In this document: positions 49,053-60,000 of the stretch, piece by piece
How the letters are laid out: each line of letters starts with the position of its first letter
Position numbering within the stretch: the stretch's first letter is position 1
Source: Squalus acanthias
Lineage: Eukaryota
Length of the DNA stretch: 60,000 nt
Reading direction: 5' to 3'
Assembly: GCA_030390025.1 (NCBI GenBank)
Contig: CM059431.1
Coordinates: 112,594,001 to 112,654,000, forward strand
Translations under genes and position numbers: made by a program
Notes under the pieces: generated by a model
Databases searched by the model: none
The model's input: only the letters and a program-made list of their open reading frames with translations
Told to the model about the DNA's origin: nothing

Positions 49053-49799
49053 GGAACACACATACATGCACACACAAGTAACTAAAGTATAAAATCTTGA
49101 GCAGCATTTGAATATGGTTAACTCCATTTATAAAATGTTCAAATCACTTCCTGTTTCAATTGCTTTTTTCCATCTCATGCATTTTAAACTTTTATTTAAT
49201 TTTAAATATTAACTTATTTTTAAACCTTTCATGTGGTGGAAAATATTACTCGTGATTAAAGAACTGATGATCAGACTGCTTAGGCATATTACGAGAAATT
49301 TGAGAGTCTGATGTTCAAAAATACACTGGAATTGAACACGACGCTGGAAAACAGTAATGATTCAGCCCATGGAGCTAAGTTTTTAACACTACATTCAAAG
49401 CACCTGAGGTAATATGTTGGCAATGTTAAAATCTCAAACTATTTTCATTTCAGTGTAACAATGCAAGTATGAGACAGGATATTGTAACAGCCCATATTTT
49501 TTTTGGGCGGGTGGAAATTTATACATCTACATAAAGTAATTTTAAAAAATTGTACAAAATGAAAATGACAACTTTTCTGAAATTTTAAATTAAAAATAAA
49601 CCCCAAACACTCATCTATGTCATTTCTGTGGTTGAGTGCAGAAACATTAAATTTGCTTACTTAGTTGACTCTAGGAATCTTTGATTCCATTGACTAATAG
49701 CAACCTCAATTAGGCGGCTATCCATCACAAGCTGTTTTTAAATAAAGAAAAACTCCGTACCCCCACCCTCCTTAAAGCAGTGACTCGGTGTGTATAGTT

Positions 49800-50120
49800 C
49801 CATGGGTGCCAGTGACCCTCTAGTACCTCACCCAAGTGGTTATTCTTCAAGGTCTAGACACAGTGTCAGAAAAGTAATTCAACTGTGAGGGGGCATCAAA
49901 GTCAAGCCAAATCCTGTCCTCATCCATCCACATGCACTTTCCGGCAACATTCATTGGACAGTAAACAGGAATAGAATCTTGGCTGATTTTCTCTTCCACA
50001 GCCTGCAGCTGCTGAAGCCAACTGTAGCACTTCAAACTGATGTCTGCTAACCCAAAGATCACGGATTCAACCAAAGATCTTCTGCCCTGCATGACTTAGT
50101 ATTGCGTCACGTAGTGCATT
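49800..50120 (-). mobile_element. Degenerate older tRNA-type SINE
   Basis: ATCCTGTCCTCATCC..CTTGGCTGATTTT..GCTGAAGCCAACTGTAGC, reverse-complement homology to 47785-48000. Confidence 0.5.
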
Positions 50121-50557
50121 TACCAATAGTATCATGGAGTCCCATGAAGGAGAATAATCCCCAAAATATTTGCAGGTAAGACAATTACAGGACTTAACCA
50201 GAAGCATTCCTTTAAGGACGTTAATCTTAAGGGTAGGCCGGTTGGATAACTATTTCTGAAAGTCTACATTGGTAAAAGTTATCAAATCATATGAAAATTA
50301 TTCACAATTTCCGACTGATGCAGTTGAGGAAAACTGAAAATATTTTACAGCAAGTTAAACTTCAACGCATACTTAAAAGATAAAATAAAACTATGCACTT
50401 TACAACACAGAACCGGAACATTTTGTTCAGGTAGATGAATGAAATGTTGACAACTTAATCACTGCTCCTCTACTGTCTCATCACTAGAAGACTGAAATTT
50501 GATAAACAGATGATATTCCCTTCATATCTATGCAGTGTGTAGGATTCATTCTATATA

Positions 50558-50976
50558 CAGGAAACTTTCGTTTATCCGGCACCCAAATATCCGGATTTCT
50601 CGCTTAACCGGCAAAAATCATCCTCTGAAAACTCCTCTCAAATAACCGGCAATGTTGCCGAGTCGCAGTCGAGTCTCCGCGAACGCCGAGTGCGCCGAAA
50701 AATCCTCTCAAATAACCGGCAATGTTGCCGATCCCGAGTCCGAGTCCGAGAACGCCGATTTAGTCAGTAGGGGTACTTTTCAAAAGTGCCACTACTCGGC
50801 CTCCTGGCGCTGTCGCAAGTCCGAAACATTGCAGTAGCATGAGTAGATTCTCCCGTGCTGCTTGGAATCTCTTTGTTAAAAATAGCCTCGGTAGATATAA
50901 CTCTCTGTTATCCGGTACTTTCGATAAACCGGCACCACGCCGGTCCCGTCGATGCCGGATAAACGAAAGTTTCCTG
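50558..50976. mobile_element. Tc1/mariner-pogo-type MITE with perfect 24 bp TIRs and TA target duplication
   Basis: TA|CAGGAAACTTTCGTTTATCCGGCA ... TGCCGGATAAACGAAAGTTTCCTG|TA; internal 29 bp direct repeat (50633, 50703). Confidence 0.92.
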
Positions 50977-51001
50977 TATTTACAAAAGAGCAAGAGCCTA
51001 C

Positions 51002-51162
51002 CGTAAAGCCATCTGCTGCAGTGAACTGCCACTGGGGAGTGACATCATCAGGTCTGAAATAGTTTGCAGCAGGCGGTGGAAAGTTTGAGGCAAAGGATGA
51101 GCTGCTTCTCCTGCAATCACGATATCAGACAGTGGGTGCTCACACACTCCAGTATCTCTTTC
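51002..51162 (-). CDS. MYCBP2: MYCBP2 exon
   Basis: ERDTGVCEHPLSDIVIAGEAAHPLPQTFHRLLQTISDLMMSLPSGSSLQQMAL(R); AG/GT. Confidence 0.95.
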
Positions 51163-52581
51163 CTGGTTTACAACATCAGAAAAAAGGCAATTAGTGGCTC
51201 CTTCGTTGAAAACAAATTTTGAAAATTGTTTACAGTCTAGCAACATTGTTCATCATATATTTGCATTATCATATTCTTGGGAGGGAAGGATTTGGGTGAG
51301 GTGCTCAATAGAGGTGAAGGTGCTGGAGCAATAGGGGATTCATCTATAAATGAGATTGTAGATGGTGAAAGTCATGTTATTGAGGCAGCTGGTACCACAA
51401 ACATAGCAAAAGGCATTGTAATTGTAGCTGTGTAGTTTAGTGTCAGTTGCAAGAAGTGAAATCACAATGATCGCGCATTGAAAGCATAAGTTTTTCCTGC
51501 ATTCTACCGCATATGCTTGGCTGATTGAATAAATGGTGGTATCACTGATATGACAAAAACGTATGCCAGGAGGGTGCATATGGTTATTATCCAAAACTAG
51601 AACTGGAGATCTCCAATGTTTCTTGACTCAACTACAGAATCCAATGATCATAGCAATCTAAACATTTGGCAGTAGACACAACGCTTTCCACTAGGCTGTT
51701 GCACTGGTGGAACTAAGGCGGGCGGGCACTTCCGCCTGTGCAATGTACGCGCTGCTGACCCTCATCTGTTTTCCAGGGTCAGCTCATTTATACGTCAATG
51801 GCAATTGCCCACTAAAGATCCACCACACATGATCTAGGAGCACAGAGGGGACAGGAATTGATGAGTGGGTGTGGGATTTAAAATCTGGTCAGACAGCCAT
51901 CACCTTTACTGCTGATATTAACGTGGGTATCATCTAGATAAGCTCATAATAGAGCACTAAGAGGCACATAGGGGAAGCATTATTATTGTGATGGAAAGTA
52001 CCAGTAGGACTCAAATAGCTACAAAAAGCTATCAATATCCTATCAATAAATGCTGAATATTTTCAAATTTAATATTCACAAAGAATACACTAACCCAAGA
52101 GTAGAACAGATAGACTCTCAAATACCACACAATTATAGGCCTCAGTGACAACCATTTAAAGCATTCAGGCAATGAAAGACAACTGCTTTATACACACAAA
52201 GCTCTTTGTTTGGCACCCAGAACAGTCTGCCTGTGGTGAGGCAGTAGCAGACATCTTGAGAAGAGACTGGGAGGCATCACTTGCATTCTTGAGTCCATTT
52301 GTGGGCAGGCACTTTTATTAAGGGATGCACAAAATGCCAAAAAAATCCAGGAATTTCGACTTCAAGGCAGAACCCTGCCACTCTGCAACCCCGGGCTCAT
52401 TTCTGCTCCCTCCTGCCCGAATTCTATTTTACTCCAGCTGCACCAACATTGGAAAGCCGAAGCTAATGTGTCTGATTTCTGAATTTACCGTAGTCTTGGT
52501 TTAATAATGCAGACAATCCAAACATCATAATTTCCTTTAGGATCAGACAAATATTCTAAGAGACTGTAATATTTAACCAAC

Positions 52582-52731
52582 CTGTTCTATATTCTCTTTG
52601 TTCACCTTGTTATCATCAACTTCTTCATCCTCAAATTCCAAGGGAGCAGGAGTCAGAGATGCCACAAAATGCCAGAGAATATCATGGAGAGCAGTTGTCT
52701 GAATTACACTGCACAATAGCCAGTTGAAGGC
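52582..52731 (-). CDS. MYCBP2: MYCBP2 exon
   Basis: AFNWLLCSVIQTTALHDILWHFVASLTPAPLEFEDEEVDDNKVNKENIEQ; AG/GT, 150 nt. Confidence 0.94.
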
Positions 52732-52929
52732 CTGTTTAAATTGAAAAACAGCCACAAAACTTTTAGACTTTACTCTTTAGACAAAATGTCGAAGCTCTTG
52801 ATTAAATAAAACTAGTTCACCATCTTAATTAATCCTAAATGTAGATCATTTCTGACTTATCTGTTGAATGCATAAACTACATGCAGATATTTTGGTTGCT
52901 TAAAAATACACCTTGATTATTGTACTGAC

Positions 52930-53129
52930 CTCCATAGCATACACTCTGCAAGCAGATTTCCTTAGAGCATGTCTCATAGCCATTTCCAACCCTTCCAAAT
53001 CATGGTGTTGTATGACAAATGCTAGAACAGGCCACTGGAAATTTCGTTCTCCCTTGGGCAGCGAACTGTGAGCTGAGATCAGGCGAGAAAGCTCAGGGGA
53101 TGGATGTCGAAGAAGAGAAGACCCCACTT
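52930..53129 (-). CDS. MYCBP2: MYCBP2 exon (most 5' exon recognised in the window)
   Basis: (E)VGSSLLRHPSPELSRLISAHSSLPKGERNFQWPVLAFVIQHHDLEGLEMAMRHALRKSACRVYAME; AG/GT. Confidence 0.95.
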
Positions 53130-54678
53130 CTGTTTAAGAAGAAATTTAGTGACTAAAAAGTTTAAACATAAATGAAACATGATTTGACATTAAAACATAA
53201 AAACGCTACGATAAAATGTTTGTTTTATTGGATCAGATGTATAACCCCTGATTGGGAGAGGCTCCCGCCAGCCATTCCAACACATGCAACAGCTGCGAGA
53301 CTCACCACACCCTCCCAGTACCACTGTCAGCTGGAGTTGATAGTGGGCCCATTTTCAAGTAGAAAATACAGATAGATTCTTCATATATCTACAAATTTGA
53401 GGAGTTGTTTTGGGGCAATTTATCAGAATTGAAGGTTCTAACTGGCAGCATACACTGAAGTCCACAAACTTTTCTGCTGGCAATGTTCCCAAATGCATTC
53501 CGAATTGTCTTTTTTTAGAAAGATATATATTAACAGAAGTTATCAAATTATAGAGGCATGATTTAAAAGCAATAAGGTACAAACGTAGAGCACTGAGAAT
53601 TGGCGGGGATTTTTTTGTTTGAGAAAAAGGTTAAAAGCTTTAATGCGGGTGTAAACAGGTTTCAAGAGAAGATAGGGAAAATAAGGGAACAGTAATTAGA
53701 TGATGTCAAGCTTAGGTTTTAGAAGCCTGCAGACTGTAGAAGGAAGGAACGAAAGAGGGAGGCAAAGTGATGAGTTTTGATTGCAACACATTGAGGGTGT
53801 CAGGGGGAAGGGGGGGGGGGGAAAGAGAGTAAGAGGATACAAATGTAGGATAATGTCTTTGCAGCTAAGAATAAAGAGAGGAAATTTGACAATGGCACTG
53901 GTCACATCAATAAAACAGGAAGAGATGAGAAAGTTTGCAATGAAGAGAGGGAAGCTGTCAGATGACAAACTTTTGAAGCTGTTTAGGTCTGCTATAGATA
54001 CCTTCTCTGGTTCGGTGGCATCAGTTGCTCCTTAAAGACGTTTGAGCATCTTACCTTTTATGGGTGTTGACTCGCACGCCCTATATAGAATCATACAGCA
54101 CAGAAGGATGCCATTGGGCCCATTGTGCCTGTGCTGGCTCTTTGAAAGAGTTATCCAATTAGTCCCATTCCCCTTAGCCCTGCAAATTTTTCCCATTCAA
54201 GTAATTATCCAATTCCTTTTTGAAAGTATTATTTGAATCTGCTTCCGTAACCCTTTCAGGCCGTGCATTCCAGATCATAACAACCCTGAATGAAAAATGT
54301 TCTCATCTAGTCTCTGGTTCTTTTGCCATTACCTTAAATCTCTGTCCTCTGAAAGGTTACTGACCTTTCTGCCACTGGAAACAGTTTCTCCTTATTTACT
54401 CTATCGAAATCCTTCATGATTTTCAACTCCTCTATTAAATCTCCCATTAATCTCTCTGCTCCAAGAACAACTCCAGCTTCTCTAGAGTCTCCACGTAACT
54501 GAAGTCCCACATCCCTAGTACCATTCTAGTAAATCTGCTGTGCACCCTCTCAAAGGCCTTGAAATCCTATCTAAAACGTGATACCCAGAATTGAACACAA
54601 TACTCCAGCTGGAGCCTAACCAGTGATTTATAAAGGTTTAGCATAACTTCCTTGCTTTTGTACTCTGTCTTGATTTAT

Positions 54679-54914
54679 AAAATTGAGAGGTCGCACAACA
54701 CCAGGTTATAGTCCAACAGTTTTATTTGAAATCACAAGCTTTCGGAGCTATCGATCGCCCCTTCCTCAGGTGAAGTAGACTACTTCACCTGAGGAAGGGG
54801 CGATCGATAGCTCCGAAAGCTTGTGATTTCAAATAAAACTGTTGGACTATAACCTGGTGTTGTGCGACCTCTCAATTTTGTCCACCCCAGTCCAACACCG
54901 GCATCTCCGCATCA
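54679..54914 (+). mobile_element. Penelope-like 3'-end element forming a perfect 201 bp palindrome (54679-54879) plus 35 nt tail
   Basis: 100 bp arms around a single A (54779); tail GTCCACCCCAGTCCAACACCGGCATCTCCGCATCA; TTGATTTATAAA direct repeat at 54670-54681 and 54924-54935. Confidence 0.9.
54785..54826 (+). ncRNA. Minimal hammerhead ribozyme motif (mirror copy on - strand at 54732-54773)
   Basis: Identical to 1289-1330. Confidence 0.75.
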
Positions 54915-55326
54915 TGACCACTATTGATTTATAAAGCCAAGGATCCTGTATGCTTTTTTTAATATCTTGATCAACTTGTCCTGCCCCCTCCTTTAAAATT
55001 GTACCATTTAGTTTATATTCCCTCTCCTAATTTTTCCTACCAAAATGCATCACTTCATACTTCAGTGTTAAATTTCATCTGCTATGTGTCTGCCCATTTC
55101 ATCAGTGTCTAAGTCTACTTGTATGACAGCATAACTTAGCTATGTAACAATGGTCATCCCGTGTGATATGGATCAGATACTCATGTCTACTGCAGATGTA
55201 TTTGATCAATCTCTTTAAAGGTAGATTGAGCAAACACTTGGCGAGATGAGATTTGATGCAAATTCTTAAGCTGCTTTATTTTCCATATAGTGAACATACA
55301 GGATCATAGAAGCTTACAGCACAGAA

Positions 55327-56958
55327 GTACTAGAGAAACTAATGGGACTAAAAGCCGACAAATCCCCTGGACCTGACGGCCTACATCCTAGGGTTCTAAA
55401 AGAGGTGGATGCATTAGTTTTGATCTTCCAAAATTCCCTAGATTCTAGAACAGTCCCAGCGGATTAGAAGTAGCAAATGTAATACCGCTATTCAAGAAAG
55501 GAGGGAGAGAGAAAACAGTGAACTACAGGCCAGTTAGCCTGACATCAGTCATCAGGAAAATGCTGGAATTAATTGTTAAGGAAGTGGTATCAGGGCACTT
55601 AGAAAATCACAACAAGATTAGGCAGAGTCAACATGGTTTTATGAAAGGTAAACCGTGTTTGATAAATTTATTAGAGTATTTGAGGATGTAACTAGCAGGG
55701 TAGATAAAGGGGAACCAGTGGATGTAGTATATTTGGATTTCCAAAAGGCATTCGATAAGGTGCCACGTAAAAAGTTATTACACAAGATAAGGGCTCATGT
55801 GGTTGGGAGTAATATATAGTAGCATGGTTAACGGACAGAAAACAGAGAGTAGGGATAAACGGGTCTTTTTCAGGTTGGCAGGCTGTAACTAGTGGGGTGC
55901 CGCAAGTAACAGTGCTGGGGCCTCAGCTATTTACAATCTATATTAATGACCTAGATGAAGTGTAATGTATCCAAGTTTGCTGACGATACAAAGCTAGGTG
56001 GGACAGTAAGCTGTGAGCAGAACAGAGTCTGCAAAGGGTTATAGATAGACTAAGTGAGTGGGCAGTAAGGTGGCAGATGGCGTATTATGTAGGGAAATGT
56101 GAGACTTGTGCTCCAGAACTAGCCGCGCCTCTAGCCAAGCTGCTCCAGTACAGCTACAACACTGGCATCTATCCGACAATGTGGAAAACTGCCCAGGTAT
56201 GTCCTGCCCACAAAAAGCAGGACAAATCCAATCCGGCCAATTACTGCCCCATCAGTCTACTCTCAATCAGCAGCAAAGTGATGGAAGGTGTCATCGACAA
56301 TGCTATCAAGCAGCACTTACTCACCAATAACCTGCTCACTGATGCCCAGTTTGGGTTCTGCCAAGACCACTCAGCTCCTGGCTTATTACAGCCTTGGTCC
56401 AAACATGGACAAAGGAGCGGAATTCCAGAGGTGAGGTGAGGTGAGAGTGACTGCCCTTGACATCAAGGTAGCATTTGACCGAGTGTGGCATGAAGGAGCC
56501 CTAGTAAAACTGAAATCAATGGGAATTGGGGGGAAAACGCTCCACTGGCTGGAGTCATAACTAGCACAAAGGAAGATGGTTGTGGTGATTGAAGGTCAAT
56601 CATCACAGCCCCAGGACATCACTGCAGGAGTTCCTCAGGGCAGTGTCCTAGGCCCAACCATCTTCAGCTGCTTCATCAATGACCTTCCCTCCAACATAAG
56701 GTCAGAAATGGGGATGTTCGCTGATGACTGCAGTGTTCAGTGCCATTCACAACTCCTCAGATAATGAAGCAGTCCATGCCCGCATGCAACAAGACCTGTC
56801 CTATGATGAGAGATTGTGTAGAATGGGCCTATACTCTCTGGAGTTCAGAAGAATGAGAGGTGATCTCATTGAAACATACAAAATTCTGAAGGGGTTTGAC
56901 AGGGTAGATGCTGGGAGGTTGTTTCCCCTGGCTGGAGTGTCGAGAACTAGGGGGCATA
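55327..56958 (+). mobile_element. Mosaic of CR1 RT fragments: family 1 (55327-56102), family 2 (56103-56797), family 1 3' piece (56798-56958)
   Basis: KSPGPDGLHPRVLKEV..YLDFQKAFDKV..FADDTK..YYVGKCE | TCAPELAAPLAKL..PAHKKQDKSNPANY..GVPQGSVLGP..ARMQQD | LSYDERLCRMGLYSLEFRRMRGDLIETYKIL. Confidence 0.88.
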
Positions 56959-56959
56959 T

Positions 56960-59900
56960 TGATTTGATTTAATTTAATTTGAATTAATTAAAGGGTAAGT
57001 CATGGCAGCACAGCTCGGCCCCATGGCATGCTCTTCCTGCACTATGTGGGAAATCAGGGACACTTCCTGTGTCCCTGACGACCATGTGTGCGGGAAGTGT
57101 ATCCAGCTGCAGCTACTGACAGACCGCATTGCGGCGCTGGAGCTGCGAATGGATACATACTGGAGCATTCGCGATGCTGAGCACATCGTGGATAACACGT
57201 TTAGGGAGTTCGTCACACTGCAAGTAAAGGCTGCACAGGCAGGAACGGAATGGGTGACCACCAGGCAGAGTAGTCCAGGGGTCCCCTGTTGCCATCCCCC
57301 TTTCAAACAGATATACCACTTTGGATATTGTTGAGGGGGATGGCTTATCGGGGGAAGGTAGCAGCAGCCAACTTCCTGGCGCCATGGGTGGTCCTGCTGC
57401 ACAGGATGGGAGGAAAAAAAGCGGCAGAGCTGTAGTGATGGGGGATTCTATTGTAAGGGGAATAGATAGGCGTTTCTGCGGCCGCAAACGAGACTCCAGG
57501 ATGGTATGTTGCCTCCCTGGTGCAAGGGTCAAGGATGTCTCAGAGCGGCTGCAGGGCATTCTGGAGGGTGAACAGCTAGTTGTCGTGGTGCATATAGGTA
57601 CCAACGATATAGGTTAAAAAAAAAAAAAAACAGGATGAGGAATGGTGCAAGGGGGAGGGATTCAAATTCCTGGGACATTGGAACCGGTTCTGGGGGAGGT
57701 GGGACCAGTACAAACTGGATGGTTTGCACCTGGGCGGGACCGGAACCGATGTCCTAGGGGGAGTGTTTGCGAGTGCTGTTGGGGAGGGTTTAAATTAAAA
57801 TGGCAGGGGGTTGGGAACCTGTGCAGCGAAACAGAGGAAAGGGAAGCAAGGAAGGAGAAAAGCAAAGGTGGAAGGCAGAGAAATCAAGGGTGTAAATCAA
57901 ACAGGGCCACAGTAAATAATAATTCTAAAAGGACTAAGAGTGTTAAAAAATCGAGCCTGAAGGCTTTGTGTCTTAATGCGAGGAGCATTCATAATAAGGT
58001 GGATGAATTAGCTGCGCAAATAGATGTAAATGGATATGATATAATTGGGATTACGGAGACATGGCTCCAGGATGACCAAGTCTGGGAATTCAACATCCAG
58101 GGGTATTCAATATTCAGGAAGGACAGGAAAAAAGTAAAAAGTTGACTCAGAGACTAGGGTCCTGAATTTAAATAAAGGAAACTATGATGCTATGAGGCGC
58201 GAGTTGGCTAGGATGGATTGGGGAGCGTTACTTAAAGGGTTGACGGTGGATAGGTAATGGCAAACATTTAAAGATCACATGGATGAACTACAGAATTTGT
58301 TCATCCCTGTTTGGTATAAAAATAAAACAAAAAAGGTGACTCAACTGTGGCTAACAAGGGAAATTAGGGATAGCATAAGATCCAAGGAGAGGACATATAA
58401 ATTGGCCAGAAAAAGCAGCAAACCTGAGGATTGGGAGCAGTTTAGGATTCAGCAAAGGAGGACAAAGGGATTAATTAAGAGGGGGAAAATAGAGTATGAG
58501 AGTAAGCTTGCAGGGAACATAAAAACTGACTGTAAAAGCTTCTATAGATATGTGAAGAGAAAAAGATTGGTGAAGTCAAGCGTAGGTCCCTTGCAGTCAG
58601 AATCAGGGGAATTTATAATGGGGAACAAAGAAATGGCAGACCAATTAAATACATACTTTGGTTTTGTCTTCACAAAGGAGGACACAAATAACCTCCCAGA
58701 GATGTCGGGGAACATAGGGTCTAATGAGAGGGAGGAATTGAATGAAATCAGTATTTGTAGGGAAATGTTAGGGAAATTGACAGGATTGAAAGCCGATAAA
58801 TCCCCAGGGCCTGATAATCTACATCCTAGGGTACTTAAGGAAGTGGCCCTAGAAATAGTAGATGCATTGCTGGTCATCTTCCAAAATTCTACAGACTCTG
58901 GAACAGTTCCCATGAATTGGAGGATAGCTAATGAAACCCCACTATTTAAAAAAGGTGGGCGAGAGAAAACGGGGAATTATAGACTGCTAAGCCTGACATC
59001 GGTAGTGGGCAAAATGCTCGAGTCCATTATAAAAGATGTAATAGCAGAGCACTTGGAAAACAGTGACAGATTCGGACAAAGTCAACATGGATTTACAAAA
59101 GGTAACTCATGCTTGACTAATCTACTGGAATTTTTTGAGGATGTAACTGGTAGAATAGATAAGGGAGAACCAGTGGATGTGGTGTATTTGGACTTTCAGA
59201 AGGCTTTTGATAAGGTCCCGCATAAGAGATTAGCATGCAAAGTTAAAGCACACGGGATTAGGGGTAAGGTACTGACTTGGACAGAGAACTGGTTGGCAGA
59301 CAGGAAGCAAAGAGTTGGAATAAACGGGTCTTTTTCTGAGTGGCAGGCAGTGACTAGTGGGGTACCGCAGGGATCGGTGCTAGGACCCCAGCTATTCACA
59401 ATATATAAAAATGATCTAGACGAGGGAACTAGATGTAATATCTCCAAGTTTGCAGACGACACAAAGCTGGGCAGGTGTGTGTGCTGTGAGGAGGATGCAG
59501 AGAAACTCCAGTATGATTTGGACAGGTTGGGTGATTGGACAGATGCATGGCAAATGCAGTATAATGTGGATAAATGCAAGGTTATCCACTTCGGTGGCAA
59601 AAACAGAAAGACAGATTATCATCTGAACGGCAATAGATTGGGAAAAGGGGAAGTGCAACGAGACCTGGGTGTCCTTGTGCACCAGTCGCTGAAGGTAAGC
59701 ATGCAGGTGCAGCAGGCAGTTAAGAAGGCAAATGGTATGTTGGCCTTCATAGCGAGAGGATTCGAGTACAGGAGCAAGGATGTCTTGCTGCAGTTGTACA
59801 GGGCCTTGGTGAGACCACACCTTGAGTATTGTGTGCAGTTTTGGTCGCCTTATCTGAGGAAGGATGTTCTTGCCATGGAGAGAGTGCAGCGAAGATTCAC

Positions 59901-60000
59901 CAGACTGATACCTGGGATGGCAGGAATGACGTATGAGGAGAGATTGGATCGATTAGGCTTATATTCGCTAGAGTTTAGAAGAATGAGAGGGGATCTCATT
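56960..60000 (+). mobile_element. CR1 LINE with ORF1 (zinc finger + esterase) and ORF2, internally deleted, running off the window
   Basis: MAAQLGPMACSSCTMWE..HVCGKCIQLQLL; VVMGDSIVRG..CCLPGA..VVHIGTNDIG; CLNARSI..GITETW; RT motifs GVPQGSVLGP, FADDTK, LVRPHLEYC. Confidence 0.93.

Larger units (their letters stand above)
54085..55115 (-). mobile_element. CR1 3' portion interrupted by the Penelope palindrome
   Basis: ATAGAATCATACAGCACAGAAGGATGCCATTGGGCCCA terminus; GAATTGAACACAATACTCCAGCTG (LEYCVQF) etc. Confidence 0.85.

Noticed and set aside
50633..50731. CRISPR-like repeat-spacer-repeat (29 bp repeats)
   Set aside because: Only two units, inside a MITE in vertebrate DNA, built from the element's own AACCGGCA subterminal motif; no cas genes.
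53696..54035. Additional MYCBP2 exon or novel ORF (90 aa minus / 84 aa plus)
   Set aside because: No recognisable MYCBP2 homology and no donor in the phase required by the 52930-53129 exon; includes low-complexity sequence.

Overview
Eukaryotic, vertebrate genomic DNA, most likely a cartilaginous fish (shark); this is inferred from the repeat content (SacSINE1/AmnSINE1-like Deu-domain SINEs, esterase-ORF1 CR1 LINEs, L2, RTE, Penelope-like elements). Two convergent genes are present: the last coding exon of CLN5 (+, 1953-2455) and the last 23 coding exons of MYCBP2/PAM (-, 53129 to 18391; DOC/APC10-like, B-box-like, RING and tandem-cysteine RCR E3 region), all phase-compatible. The rest is intronic or intergenic DNA dense in transposable elements. 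Points of most interest: (1) two young, near-perfect fold-back palindromes made of Penelope 3' ends, each with a minimal hammerhead ribozyme on both strands and a 12-13 bp target-site duplication; (2) a 3.4 kb head-to-head Penelope RT/GIY-YIG insertion capped by two different hammerhead-bearing termini; (3) no recognisable FBXL3 between CLN5 and MYCBP2, where it lies in human, the interval being filled with MITEs; (4) a SINE tail forming most of the polypyrimidine tract of the CLN5 last exon; (5) several short local duplications, including a decayed fragment of a MYCBP2 exon. All coordinates were read by eye; repeat boundaries are approximate and repeat family names come from recognition, not from a database search.
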